A stretch of 64,000 bases of DNA from Vicugna vicugna (taxonomy: Eukaryota), in NCBI GenBank assembly GCA_013265495.1, contig MU058384.1, positions 2,765,010 through 2,829,009 of the forward strand, read 5' to 3'. Below the pieces are notes generated by a model that was not told where the DNA came from, did not search any database, and saw nothing but the letters and a program-made list of their open reading frames with translations. Shown here in pieces: positions 24,536-38,095 of the stretch; the first letter of the stretch is position 1; the number at the start of each line of letters is the position of its first letter. The translations under genes and the position numbers were made by a program.

Positions 24536-27500
24536 TCCCTGGTGACAGTTCCCCAGTGGACGATGCAGCCTCAGTGCCCACACAGTTCTAGTCTCTGTTG
24601 TCAGGGGAGCTTCTCTGGTTCCCAAAATCTGAGCACCTCTCCCCACCCGGGATACTTTGCGCTGTCTGCTCATGGCTGCTACAATCTTATCATGTACATG
24701 GACCAACCCAGGAGCTCTCTGACTCCGGTTCACTCAGGACCTGAGGGGGATTTGTGAATGGGGGGGTAGAAAGAGAGAGGCAGCCGTTCACCCCTTTGTG
24801 TTTTTGCGGATCTCAGACCATGCTCACAGAGGGTAGGCCACGCCAAGGGTAGTATCCAGCTCTTCCCCAGATAATACTGAGGTCACCATTCTTGGGCGGA
24901 GTCAGGTATGATGGGGGCACAGCTGTTTCCTTTATGTATCTTCTCCTCTTTGTTACTGTTTTGTCCAAGCTGAATTCAAGTCGCCTGGGTGTGGGGGACC
25001 TAATAGCCAGTTTTGAAGTTCCTGAAAACACTTGCAGAGAGTGGCCATCGCCAGGAGCTGTGGCTCGGACAGGCTCATCAGTGACTTCTCGCCCTGGGAG
25101 GACCTGGAGGGCCCAAGGTGCCCACGTCCCCCAGCACGCCTCCAAGGACATTCCCTGGCCCTTCCGTAGAAGAGCCTCGTTCAGTACACATTTCTGGAAC
25201 GGTGTCTGTTCTTCTAAGGTGACTGCGACATGGCTGAGTTATTTTAGACTCAGAATTAAATCTGGTATTTGTGTTAGGATACTAATTTGGGGGCCACACT
25301 TGTCCTTCAAAAAAAAAAATCAAAGCTTGTCTCTTTGTAAATTGCCCCTAGAAAGATGCAAGCACGCCAAGCTTGAGGGAGTCACTTTGTGCAAGTTTGG
25401 AAAATGATTTTCCAGCGCAGTTGGACCTTGCTTCAGGGCTGTCCTCGATGTCACAGTTCTTCATCCTCCTCCTGATGCTTCTGGTTCTTTCACGAGCTCA
25501 GCCTATTTCAAGGTTTCCATCAAAAACCATGATCATAGGATGGCTTTTAAAATATTTATGGATCCAACATTCTGGGCAAGAAAAGAATGAGTGAAACAGA
25601 AAAACAGCCACATGGAAAAGGTCCAGTGAAGAAGAGAGGCTGTGGAGGGTTCTGAAATGATGTGTGTCTGAGAGGCAGGGCTGCTGGGAAGCCAGGTACG
25701 GCCAGCTGCCTGGAGGAGGCCCTCTCCCCCGACAGGGTCACGGCCACAGATGCCTTAGAGGAACAATTTCATACTGAAACTTCTTTCCTCCTGAGAACTT
25801 CATTCAGCTACTTTTCATTTTAGTTCACTCTGAGTTGGACAGCTCAGCAAGCAGAAATGAGAAGAAATCCTAAGGATGTGGTTTGCTCGTGGTTACTCAA
25901 ATCAGAGTCTCAAATACACAGAAAGTTTCTATCCTGGAAATGGTTGCTCTTCATGTCACCTGAATGTGGCCTCAGGTCCTGGCACAGCATTGCAGTCTTG
26001 TCTCCAGCCCTTGCTACGCCTACAGAGAAGCAGGCAGAATTTTTTTCTCTTTCTCATAGAATGTGCTGCTTTAGCTCCTCTGTTCTCTGGTCTTAGAACC
26101 ACCCAACGCCTAGGGAGCTTACAGAATGGCACATTTTAGATAGCTGTTCAGAGACTCTTTTTTTTCCCCCCTTTCTCAAAATAGCCCGGCTCTTAGCTAG
26201 CTTTCCCAATAGCATCTTCCTTCTCTGGGAACTTTCTGTTCCTACTGGTAAATGGTCTGTGTGAACCTGCCCAATCTTGCTTCACAGTATGTCCCCATCA
26301 TTCAGGAATTCAAAACCAGGGCACCAGGAGCAGGACTCGCATTCTAATGGTTTCATAAGTATCAGACTAAATACAGAATCAGGTTCTAGGAGACACTTTC
26401 TAGCTTTGTCTTTCTTCCTTCAGGATGAAATTTACAGAAAGGGCTACTCTCAAAATCTACTTTTTCCGGGGTGTGTGTTAGTGAGTGAAAAGACTGCAGG
26501 ACAACCAGGCACAAAATTTAGATGGAAACAAACAGCTCAACTAAGAAAAACACTCTCAAGATATTATAGAAAGAACAGAAAAATGGTCTCAGAAGTGTCC
26601 TCTAGAATAAGTATACTATGCCTAATGATGGCAGAAATTACAGAGGGAAACAATTTCCTTTGATACTGAGGTTTCTTAGTAATTTGATAGTTTATGTTAT
26701 TAAAAACACATTGCCATAAGGTAATACTTCCATCATATTTTTCTTGCAACATTGTCTTACAGACTTTAAATAATAGATTGCTTAAGGGAGAATGTGAAAG
26801 AATCCATTTTACTTGGAGTAGCCACAGAAAATGCTCTGTATCCCAAGCTGGTGGTACCGTTTATACAGCACAACTGCATTTAGATTTCGTGTGACTACCG
26901 TCTCCATCCTAATGGAAAGATGGCTTCTCATTACTCATGGTCAAAGGGCTGGAGCGGGTCTCCTGTACAGGCCACGGAGAAGCTAGTAACATCCTGGTCC
27001 CCACCAGGTTGCCTGTCACTGCACAGAAGCTCTGTGCAGATTCTCTGTTGAGTTAGTTACACCGCGGAAGAATGGCTGTCTCACGAGGTCTGACTGTGGA
27101 CTCCTGCATCTCTAGTCGGATCAACTGATATTGATCTGGATAAAAATGAGGAAAGAACAAGGCAGTGATTTTTGTTTTCTTGATGTTAATTTAGTCAAAG
27201 GCTCTCGTTTATTTGAATCATGTTCTTCCCATCTTTAGATGTTAAAATGTCCTTTCATTTGAGAAACAATGGTGGGAATAAATAGTAGGATCTCTTATTT
27301 GTTTGTAACACCTATACGCGACAAAAAAGCCTGCCATTCTCTCTAGTTTTGTTTTGTGTTTGAAATTTCACTAGCCTGAGAATCACTGTTAGCACTAGAC
27401 TTTCGGGGAGCAAGCCTTAAAACCGACATTTCTATTGGACCCTGGGCTGGCAGCTGGTCACTGGCAACCTTGGCACGTCCTTCTGATGCCTTTAGTGCTT

Positions 27501-28809
27501 TGTTCAAAATAAAAATAATAATTAAGTTATGATCATGTCTCTCATCCCTCCGAAGCATAACTGCGCTCACACGGTCCACGGGAAATAAATTAGGAGGAGA
27601 AGTGCCTGGCACTCGTTCCAGATGAAACAAGGAGTGGCTCCTAGGGAGTGGGACCCGTGGCGTCATTTGATAGGCGGGACCCACTGCATGGGATTGGGTC
27701 ACTCCCCCCAGTCCTGGGAGGTGCCTCTCAGCAAGCTACAGGCTTTACCTGTCTGGTGGCTTAGAGAGCCTGGGGCACTGGCTGAGGATCCTTGTCTAAC
27801 CACCAGCACCAAGTCTACCGTGAGAAAACCTGAAATAAGATCAAGCAAAGCCAGGGCAGGAGGAATCCGAATCCTGTTTGCTATAGTGCAGGAGACGCGG
27901 GGAAGATTCACATTGCCTTTTTGGGGGAGAGTCTACTGGACGCTCCCTATAACTGGAAAGAACTTGAACACTAAGTTCTTTTGGTTGAGGCTACTGTGCC
28001 TGGGGGGCTTTGGTGTATGGGGAATACTGGAGTCTGTTAAGTACCATTGTGCTCTGGTGTAATTATCATAATTATGTGGGGCTCAAAGACAGAGACAAAC
28101 CACTGTAGCTGCATTTGATGATGACAGGGTGGAGGGAGGTGATCTGAGATTTCCCCTTGAGTGAGTGGCATTGTCAGTGTGGATTGTTGGGGAGGGAGTA
28201 GTGAGAGGCGGATGGAGAAAAGTTCATTCACTCATCTCCCTTTCCCATTGGTTATACATTGGTCCCATAGGACATTACTTCTCAATTTCTGGTGGTTGCA
28301 TGAGCCCTGAGAAGTTCTCTTGGGGCTTGATTCCTCAGCATCAATAGGAAAGCCAGGGGAGGGGGCAAAAAGTATACGGCACCAGCCTGAGACAAGTGCT
28401 ACTGGCTAGTGGCTGCTTGAGGTTGTTCAGGGCACATGTGGAGATGTGGAAAATGTGTCCAGAGACCTCAGAGGCAGGTGAGGCCAGAAGGATCTGATGT
28501 GGTGCCTAAGATGTGTTTGATACAGTGCACACCATGTACCACTCAGATTCAGTTGTGCTCTCTGTGGGTCCAGCAGCCATAACTAAAATGTGGAGCCTCA
28601 ATTTCTGTGAGAACAAGATTTTCTCATGTATTCTTCCAGAGAGAAAGTGTAAGTTCAATCAGTCAGAGAGTCTGTTTCAAGGTAATAGGCAGTTACATCT
28701 CTGAAAAGACTGAAGCAAGAGGATTAGTGAAACAAGTCATAGTAGCTAATCCAATGGACATAATTAATTTTCATTATCTTCTTGCTGCACCATTCATTTT
28801 AGAATTCCC

Positions 28810-29355
28810 TTTTTTTTTTAATTGAAGTATACTCAATTTACCATGTTATGTCAATTTCTGGTGTACAGCATAATGTTTCAGTCATACATATACATACATG
28901 TATTTGTTTTCATATTTTCATTATAGGTTACTATAAGATATTGAATATGGTTCCTTGTGCTATACAGTAGAAATTTGTTTATTATCTATTTTATATATAG
29001 TAGTTAGTATCTGCAAGTTTAGAACTTGCAATTTATCCCTTCTCACCTCCTTTCCCAACTGGTAACCATATGTTTTTCTATGGCTGTGAGTCTGTTTCTG
29101 TTTTGTAAATAAGTTCATTTGTGTCTTTTTTTTTTTTTTAAGATTCCACATAAGAGTGATATATGGTATTTTTCTTTCTCTTTCTGGTTTACTTAGAATG
29201 ACAATCTCCAGGTCCATCCATGTTGCTGCAAATGGCATTATTTTATTATTTTTTATGGCTGAGTAGTATTCCATTGTATAAATATACCATAACTTCTTTA
29301 TCCAGTCATCTGTTGATGGACATTTAGGTTGTTTCCATGTCTTGGCTATTGTATC
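28810..29355 (-). mobile_element. Young camelid-type L1 3' end
   Basis: Poly-T plus aattgaagtatactcaatttac; [26 protein letters not shown] tagaattcc at 28800 and 29356. Confidence 0.95.
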
Positions 29356-30203
29356 TAGAATTCCGTTTTACTTAACCATCACTGAACTGACCTTGATGCT
29401 TTGCCCAATTGTTGACACAGATTTTTATTGTCAAGTTGTTACCTTGCTTTTATTTGAGCTTTAATGGCTGCAATTGTCAGTTTCTCATTCTCACTGGGCA
29501 TGGAGTCACGAAGAGATGCCCAAGTATATCACCTATTTCTAAAAATACTCTTCTCTGACCAATTGTGTAGAAGAAATCCCAGAACTTCATATTAATAATG
29601 GTCAGTTGCTTCCATGGTAGTATAATTCCTTCATGTGGTTGCTGGTCCACTGCTAGATGATTTGATGGTGGTTACAGCTCTGAGTTCAATGGAACCTTTA
29701 TTGTATTCTCTGGATGATGGTTTCTCCCAAAGAACTAAAACTTCTAACAGAGTCAAAGTTTTCAAGGAAAGGAAGCATAGATTGTACAAGTGGGATACTG
29801 GGAGAGATGGCGAGAAGGTCCAGTTCTATTTGTATGACTGGGTTTCAGGACCCATGTATTCTAGCTATCAGGGATGTAGCACTCTATACCAACATTCTAG
29901 AAGAAAGTATCCCCAAACCATGGGGGTTTGACCTTCAGCTGGCTTCCTACCTGAATCTTTAACAACTTGTCATTTTGTTCATCCAAATCCTCTGAATGAT
30001 GGGGCACATGATAAGAACAGTGAATACTGTGTTTATGTGCCTTTATTTTTATGCCTCCCTTACTGTTTAAAAAAAAGTTCCTTGATCTAAGGCAATGTTG
30101 TACAGGGTACCCAGTTCAGATATTCTATAAACTTTGGTTCATGGTACTGTGGACATACTGAAAGCAGAGAAGGCAAATACTTATCTGGAATTGGTATCGA
30201 TTC

Positions 30204-30653
30204 TGCTAAGAACTGTGAGATGTGGGATTTGTTTTACCCTTACTTTTAAGCTCATAAGTTAACCTGCTGCTACTTTATGGATGCTGGCAGAAGACACAAG
30301 ACTCTCAGATCACAGACAAAGACTTTTTACTCTCAGTAAACAGCATGATGTACAGCAATTCTTCCTGCTGCCAAATCTCACAGAGGTGTGATGGACGGCC
30401 CAGACAGATCAGTATATTTGCGCCACAGTTGAGGAATACTCAGCTTGCGGAACCTATTATTTTATAGCAAGCAGTGCACAAGCCTTCTCTTTGTCCTGTG
30501 GGGGAAACATTACCTCATCCCTCAAGATTGTTTGCTGCAAACAGAACCCTGAGGAAAGGCCTGAGTAAGAGCGATGGGGGTTTGCATTCTCAACATACTC
30601 AGAAAGAAGGTGCAGGGATGCTCACGGCCTGTGGCAGGTTGCTTCTCTGAACA
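30204..30653 (-). mobile_element. ERVL LTR of the MER74/LTR53/MER88 group
   Basis: aagaactgtgaga...ttttacccttac...atggatgctggcagaagacacaagactc...acaaagactttttactc; ends ctctgaACA. Confidence 0.8.
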
Positions 30654-31904
30654 AGGCCAACTCCTTACCTCCTCCAAGGTACAGGGACTGATGTTATCAA
30701 CTTGCTACCAAGTCACTTTATGGCCTCTTTAAGGAATGGTTCTAAATTGAGGGTTCAGCATCCATTACTGCTGCCAGAAGGGTAGGCATTCACCAGTAGC
30801 AACAGCTGGATCAAGCTTTGTATGAGGGAGCACAATTGTTGGGCCAGTGTAGAGTCACCACTCATGGGCCCATTTTGCAAACATAAAGGTGGCCTAGGAG
30901 AGAGGTTGGCTGATATCTACAGAAGTCATCTTTTCCTCTTGGTGGTTAAGTGTCACTCTGCAGTGGCTGCTTTCTGTTGGGCATCTACATGAGATGCAAA
31001 GATCCTTGTGGTTTGCATCCACTCACATTGGTTCATCTATGTATCTTTTTGCTAAGCTTCCAATCTTGGGCCTTCTGAAGCCCTTCTGAGGAGTACAATT
31101 CCTGATGAAAAACTATGGGTAATTTTTTAGGTCTGACCAACTACAAAGGTAGTTACAAATGCTGCCCCCAGCAGGTCTCACCAGGAAAGCTGCCTTCCCT
31201 GCATCAGAACTGGAGCCCAGCCAGTGCTCTGCAGCCTCAGAAAGGAGGTGCAGTGAAGGACTCAGGTCCCTCAGGTCATGCTCTTTATATATTTGCATTC
31301 CTAGCCCAAACACCTTCATTCCTGGGCCTTTCTATCTGAGACCTTGGACAGAGGTCCTCTTCAGATGTCTCTGCTGAAACTCCTTATGGGAGAAGAAAGG
31401 GGAAACCTTGAAGACACTTTTTCCAACTCTCAGTACCTATTACTTTTCTGCCTCTAGCCCTCTCCCTATGCCCCTGATCCCAGGGCCCATTAAACTACTA
31501 CAGCATTTTGTTCTGAGTCCCCTCAATAGAGAGAGGTCCCCCACATCTGTGCTTATCCTCTTTATCCTTACCCAGCACACCTCTCCATGGGGGAAGATGG
31601 GACAGGCAGAGTCAGCACTCGCTCCCGTTTTAGACTTTTGTTACACTACCACAGGTGCTGATTAAAGACTTAACCCTTTTATGCCTCCCTTGATTCTTTG
31701 TGGCTTGTTGCTTTAATTGACTGCTCCCACATCTGGCAGCTCAGTTCTCTCTCCCAGCTCAGCTGAGCTCCTGACACCTTCCAAGTCAAGCAATTTTTCC
31801 ATTATCCAGGCATCTACATATATCCTTACCTTAAGCCACTTTTGACAACAAAAAGCTATAATCCCAGAGCACCTATACATACTTCTGTCTTATCATCTAC
31901 AACG

Positions 31905-32360
31905 TGTATCAGTCAAGGAAACAAAAACCACTCAAGATATTCCAAGTCAGAAGGGATATTTAACACAGGAAATTCAATTCCAAGAAAACAGCATGATTGG
32001 TTGGAGGATCCCAGCCACTGCTAGCTTTCAGGAAATCAGGAATTGTCGACAGTCAGCACTGATTATCTCAGGAACCTACCGCCCCAAAGTGGATGATGTG
32101 AAGGAGGACTTATGGAGAAGCTGCAAAACTTCGTATACCTGTCCTCTGTCCCAGCCATGCCTGAGCACTGCTGCTGGAGCAATAATGGCGCCTCTTCCTC
32201 TCCTGCCTCCCAGATCTCACATGGTTCCGCTCAGCGGCAGAAGCAAAACAGAACCTTGGCAAGAGAGACTGTAGATGTAGTTTTCAAGCTTCCAGATGCT
32301 GGGAAACAGGGAGCATCAGAGGGAGCAGGGATGGGGTTGATATACCCTCAGACAAGCTGG
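31905..32360 (-). mobile_element. Ancient LTR (ERVL/MaLR-like, family uncertain)
   Basis: tgtatcagtcaagg...aaaccactcaagatatt...gggatatttaacacaggaaatt resembles an old LTR 3' end in reverse. Confidence 0.5.
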
Positions 32361-33427
32361 CCCAACAGATTAGATGAAGATGGTGTGTCTTCCTCCTGTT
32401 CAAGGACTGCCTCTCATACCTTTATGCCCCTGACACCTAGTTCAGTGACTGATACAATGTGGGTGTTCAGTACACTGGTGTGCTTCTCTGTCCACTAACT
32501 TCCAAGAGGTCATATTCCTGAAATTTGGCTTTGTAGGTTTTAGTAAACAACATGAGTAATTGCAAGATAAATAGCTTTTCTCTATTTTATTGTTTCCAAG
32601 CATAAAGTTCAATTGTATTTTCTAATAAAAACTTTCTTTCAGTCATTCTTAAGGGTCAAGCTATTGCATATGGCCTTAGCTTTGCTTCTATTTGTTTCCA
32701 CACCAATAAATAGAAAGGCAATAAACAGATTATAGTTGTCTACTGAAGCAAATAAATATTTCGTATCATGCCATTCTCAGCAGGAAGTACATAAAACTGT
32801 AATAATTCAGAAGTTACAATGATATAATAGATAAGTAATATTTGTATGTTTTTTATTTTGCAAAACACGTGTTTTATACTATTCTCTCTCTCATATCAAC
32901 CTTGTGAGGAAGACAACATTGTTTCCCCCATTTTATTAACAAGATGTGCTTTAAAAAGTTGAGATACCTCTTGCTTCTTAACATTCTTCTACTGCATTTA
33001 AACATTTCAAGATTTTTTTTGAAAGTGTTGTTTTTTTTTTTAATATAGGTTAGGTTGAACATTTTCCTTCAAAGATAGCCATAAAATATTTACATTTCAG
33101 ACCTCAAAAGAAAAATGAAAAGAGCCAATATTTTTATTATAGTTTTTTTACAGTTGAAAAGAACCTCTGAACTTACCCAATCAAAAGCGTGACTTCAGCA
33201 GCATCCTAAAACTAGCCATGGAGTGTTCACTTCACACTCCATTAATGGTGAATTCATTATTTCACTAGGCAGCTCATCTGCTCTTGGGCCGGCTGTATAT
33301 TATAGACTGAGCAGAAACCATTTCTCTTTCACTTTAACCCCTTGGTTCTCATTTTGCCTTCCAGAGTTACGCCATGTTAAATGAAACCTTTATACCAGGT
33401 GCCAATACTGTAATTTTTGTGAAGACA

Positions 33428-33595
33428 CATGGTATTAGGAAGAACACTGAGCTAGGAATCAAGGGACCTGGGTTGCCGTTGCAGCTCTACCACTAATCAA
33501 CTTTTTAATCCTCAGTATCCCTGTATTTTTTCCCTGATATCTAAAATCGCGGGATCCTGGTGGTAACTAAACCGAACCTCTAAGCATCTTTTGTT
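33428..33595 (+). mobile_element. MIR3/MIR fragment
   Basis: catggtattaggaagaacactgagctaggaatcaagggacctggg...gctctaccactaa. Confidence 0.7.
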
Positions 33596-33669
33596 TCCTG
33601 TGGTTTTAGTACTGCTTAGCCACCTGGGAAAAGCTGAGGAGAGTTTTTTACATGTCTTGACAGTGACCT

Positions 33670-33830
33670 TGTGGCATAGAGAGTTGTTACTCACCAATAT
33701 TTGTGTTTCTAACCCAGCCCCCTTATAGTTAGTGGGGCTTTGCAACTGAATTCTGCCCAAGGAAACATAGATGAAGAAAGGTGAGGTACCACTTCCAGAC
33801 CTGGCCACTAAACCTCATGTGCTCTGTTCT
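33670..33830 (+). mobile_element. MLT1 (I/J-like) LTR fragment
   Basis: tgtggcataga...cccagcccccttatagttagtgggg...actgaattctgccca...ccacttccagacctggcc. Confidence 0.55.
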
Positions 33831-33949
33831 CCCTCCCTCCCGCCCTCCTCCCTCTCCCTCTCTCTGTCTCTGTCTCTCTTTCTCTAACACACACAAGGAT
33901 GTTTCTGTTTTATATTAGCAGGTATACAAACACTAGATGAGGGAAATAC

Positions 33950-34770
33950 AATTGCAATAACAGTGATATACCATTTGGGGCCATAAATGAAAAATACTAA
34001 ACAGATTGGCACTATGAAATGTTCAGAAAGTGTATGGGCAAAAGGCTCTCTCATATACTACTAGTGGTAATCTAATAGAAACAGGATTGGGGGGGGCAAT
34101 TTATCAGTATTTACTAAAACCAAAATAGAATATACTTTCTAACATTTGCTATTTCCTGATTAGAGAAAACTTTCACTTGCCAGAATAAGACATAGAAAAG
34201 GAAGTTTATACACAGCAGTGCTTTCAGGATCAGAGAATTGGGAACTGTCTATATGACAAGCAATAGCAAAATGATCAAGTAAGATATTTTATTCGCATAC
34301 TACGGAGCAATTTTGAAGAAGAGGTACATCTATGGTAAATCTTCAAGTCAAAATGCTAAGTGAAAAATAAACAAGCTGCTGACTAACAGGTAAAATGCTA
34401 TACAATTAGACATAAATATAGATTTATCTACAGCTTCATATCCACATTTATCTATGTATATAGATTGGCTATAATTATACAGAGATACAGATTTGGAAGA
34501 ATATTCACACCACTGAAAACAATGATTAAGTTTGTAAAGGAGAATAGAATTAGTAAAGTTCATTAAGAGAACTTTTTCTTACTTTTTAATTTTTGGGGGG
34601 GGGGTAATTAGGTTTACTTATGTTTTTAATGGAGGTATCAGGGAGTGAACCCAGGACCTCGTGCATGCTCAGCATGTGCTCTACCCCTGAGCTATACCCT
34701 CCCCACAAAGAGAACATTTTTTTATATTTATGTTTTTTATAATTTTGTATTAATGTTTTTAAAATGATTG
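33950..34770 (+). mobile_element. Old L1ME-like 3' fragment, interrupted by a SINE
   Basis: acagtgatataccatt; ctctcatatactactagtgg; gcaatttatcagtatt; aattgggaac. Confidence 0.65.
34573..34704 (-). mobile_element. Camelid-type tRNA-derived SINE (vic-1-like)
   Basis: ggtaattaggttt...aatggaggtatcagggagtgaacccaggacctcgtgcatgctcagcatgtgctctacccctgagctataccctcccc; flanking aagagaac repeats. Confidence 0.9.
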
Positions 34771-36225
34771 ATACGTTCAGACTTTTTGTAATGATTCATA
34801 TTCACACAATACTTGTGATCTTAAAACTAGAATGAGAACTACCAGGCGATTTCTCCTCATTTGCTTGGAAAGGAATGACAACTTGGGCTGCTCCTCGGTC
34901 ACCCTTGTACATCCTGGTCCTACCGTTGTCAGGTCCCCCTGAGAGGGAGGCTTTGAAGTCTGCAGACCTGGTAACGTCACACTGGCTGTCTTGTGTGCCA
35001 GCCTCACATGACACCATCCCCATGAGATTAAGCTGAATGGCAGGAAGCCACTTGGTCCCACTCCATACTTTGCAGCAAAGACTAACTTTTGTGGTAAAAA
35101 TAAACAAGGTGTAGACTACCTCCAGCACGCATTCTGGTTTATCTTGTAAGATCTGTGGGTGTCTGTTGGTGCAAGTCTTGAAACATCAGTAATCCCAACA
35201 GAACTGACTGTACTTACAGAACACCAGCATGCCTCAGCCCCTCCCCCTCTGCCATCTCGTTCGGAACAGATTTTCCTGTCTGTACACCACGTTGTCAGCC
35301 TGTTTGGTTGGTTGCATGAGAGTAGAGATGTAGGACTGAGATAATTGAAACAAGGCTCTGATCCAAATTTTCTTAAATTCAACTATAGACTCACCCTCAG
35401 AAATGCCAGTCACAGGTGGTCTGCCTTGTAAATGGCTTCTTCAAAGCCATGGTTTTTCTGGCATTGTTTTCTTAATACAAAAACACTTTAAATGATTCTG
35501 AGGATTATAGCCCAATCAATTTTTTCATAAGGTTAATCTTAAAAAACCCCACATTAATCCTTGAATAATGATGTTTCATCACTTTCAACGAAAACAATAT
35601 CTCCAAAGCTGTCTAATAAATTCTTTTTTTGTGGATGATACATGAACTCATCTGTATGTAGCAAGTCAAAATAATATTATGGCTACCTTCTCTAATGATT
35701 CATTTTTTTCTATAATAAAAGACACCCTTTATGAGTGGATAATTCATATTAATGGTTTGCCAATGACTTGGATTCCTCAGGCAGTTTCTCTAATTATTAC
35801 TTAAGCACTTAGGCACTGGTGAGTCTGGGACCATATACAAATGATGATATTCAAGACTTCTAGTAGAGGCGGGGTAGTATATGCTAGGTTATAGTGCAGC
35901 TGATGGCTCAGTGCATCAGCATCCAACATTATTCCTTCTGGATCATAGCCTGCTCTGTTCTTAGCAAAAGAATCCCTCATTCTCTGTGTGGTAATTGAGT
36001 CAACGAGGGGGTTTGCAAATCCATGGTGTGCTACTTGCCACTGCACCAGCCAGTTTCCACCAAAGTCATTGCTCATGATCCCTAGGCTTTCTCCAGTGGA
36101 GCCCAGATATGCCCTCAGAATCCTTCCCAAAAGAGGCTCTGAGATCACCAACCAGCAGAGTTGCCACCTGAGATTCACTTTGTAAAAGGTTTATCCTATT
36201 AGGGGATAGCATAATTATCATATTA

Positions 36226-36633
36226 TGTTATGGGCTGACTTGTCTCCCTGAAAAATTCATATGTTGAAGTCCTAACCCCCTAGTCCCTCAGAATGTAACT
36301 GTATTTGGAGAGAGGGTCTTTAATGAGATAATTAAGCTAACATGAGGTCAATGGGGAGGCCCTACTCGAATAATTGGTGTCCTTATAAGAAGAAATTTGA
36401 ACACAGACACATAGAGAGAGGAGATGATGGGAAGACACAGAGATATGACAAACATCTACCAGCCAAGGAGAGAGGCTTGGGGGCACAGCTTTCCCCACGG
36501 CCTTGGAAGAAACCAACTATCAACACCTTGACCTCAGACCTCTAGCCTCCAGAGCTGTGAGAAGATAAATTTCTGGTGTTTAAGCCCCCTCATCTGTGGT
36601 ATTATGTCACTGCAGCCCTAGCAACTGAAAACA
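36226..36633 (+). mobile_element. MLT1B-like MaLR solo LTR
   Basis: TGTTATGGGCTGA...aaattcatatgttgaagtcctaaccc...ctctagcctccagagctgtgagaagataaatttctg...gcagccctagcaact..ACA. Confidence 0.9.
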
Positions 36634-36948
36634 AATCTCGTAAGTAGGACAACAGGAGAAGTAAAATGGTGAACATGATTAAGAAACTTCTTGACTTTCA
36701 TTTTTAGAAAGAAACCCTCTGCAATTTGCATATTTTTGCACTCATAAGTTAATACTATTTTTCTAGGTGGAACTATAAGATATTGACAGTCCACTGTTCT
36801 CTGGTGTGTGGTAGTTAGCTCCAATACCACAGAGCAAGACCTCTGTCATAAGGAACAAAGTTCTATGTACATTATAAAATACTAGGACAGACTTGGAAGT
36901 CAGAAATTGAATTTGTATGGTGATGGGTCTAAAAATATGAAGTGGCTC

Positions 36949-37463
36949 TGAGGTAAATGGAATGATGGTCCCCAAAGACGTCAGTGTCCTAATTGTCAGA
37001 ATCTGTGAATGTACAACATCGCACAGCAAATGAGAATGAAGGCTGTAGTTGGAATCACAGTTGTTAACTGGCTTACCTTAAAATAGGGGAGATTATCCTG
37101 GGTTATCTGGGTGGGTCCAATGGAATCACAAGCGTCCTTAAAAGTGGAAGAGGGAGGCAGAAGAGGAAATTAGAATGACACAATATTAAAAATCTAAACT
37201 CACCATTGCTGGCTTTGAAAACGGAGGGAGGAGGGCCCCAGAACCAAGGTACACAGGCAGCTTTAAGAATCGGGAAAAGGCAAGGATTGGATTCTCTCTC
37301 AGACCTGCCAGATTGGAGTGCATCCCTGCCAACACCTAAATTTTAGCCCAGTGAGACCCATGTTAGAGGTCTGACCCACAGAACGGTAAGATAATACAGT
37401 TGCATTGCTTTTAAGCCACTAATGTTGAGGTAATTTGTTATGGCAGCAAAAGGTAACTAATAA
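36949..37463 (+). mobile_element. MLT1D-like MaLR solo LTR
   Basis: atggtccccaaagacgtc...gagattatcctgggttatctgggtgggtccaatggaatcacaagcgtccttaaaagtggaagaggg...ttttaagccactaa...tttgttatggcagca. Confidence 0.9.
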
Positions 37464-37699
37464 AATCCAATAATTGATCAGATATATTTGAAAAGCTAAT
37501 TTTAGAAAAATGTCTTTGAAACAGATTTGCTTCCGGAGAGTGGCAACTCTTGTTTTATTTTTGAAGTGGGTGCATCGTGGATTATCTGCTCCTTATCTTT
37601 ATCTTCAACTTTGTTTTCTGACCATTCCCCACTGTCCTCCACTTTTCATGCCTCTACACCAACATCACCAGCAGAAACATTTGATTTCCTTACTTATTT

Positions 37700-38090
37700 A
37701 ATACATTATATTTATGCAGTCACCCACACCTAAAACTCTGAGGACAACTTGGACTCCCATCCCTCCTTCCCCAGCCTTCACCTCATTAGAGTTCACATCC
37801 TGTCTCTCTGTTGCCACGTTTCTCTCACTTACTCCTTCCTTTTCAGTCTCCCATCCCAAGCCTGCACTTAATCCTTGATTCCTCTCTCCTATCCAAGTTT
37901 CCAGCTGATCTCATGGCCTTCAGTGCCTACACATACCAATTCACCTGCTCCCAGTTTTGCCAGTAGGACCTGACCATGCAGATTTAATCATCTCCTTCCC
38001 TCGAGGTTGTTTTTCAAGGCCCTCTACAGTGAGGTCCCCATCTCTCTCCCTAGCACCATCACTGTGAACCACCTATCCCTGCCTCTAGTG
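37700..38090 (+). mobile_element. L2 fragment
   Basis: Pyrimidine-rich; agtcacccacacctaaaactctgagg..., gctgatctcatggccttcagt. Confidence 0.5.
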
Positions 38091-38095
38091 CTGGC

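Larger units (their letters stand above)
27930..31150 (-). mobile_element. Decayed ERVL internal remnant (RNase H, integrase and downstream region), interrupted by an L1 and an LTR
   Basis: Minus strand near 30965-31005 reads IFASHVDAQQKAA (ERVL RNase H IFVSHVNAHQ motif). Near 30680-30770 it resembles the integrase ...WQVDYIGP region (tggtagcaagttgataacatcagtccc). Left boundary is approximate. Confidence 0.7.

Noticed and set aside
24892..25407. Longest ORF in the track (171 aa)
   Set aside because: Non-ATG start, no recognisable domain, runs through a poly-A tract; length is within chance expectation
34640..34704. tRNA-Ala-like sequences (also ~5545-5620, 46994-47045, 51875-51950)
   Set aside because: They are SINE heads with tails/TSDs or truncations and mismatched stems, not functional tRNA genes
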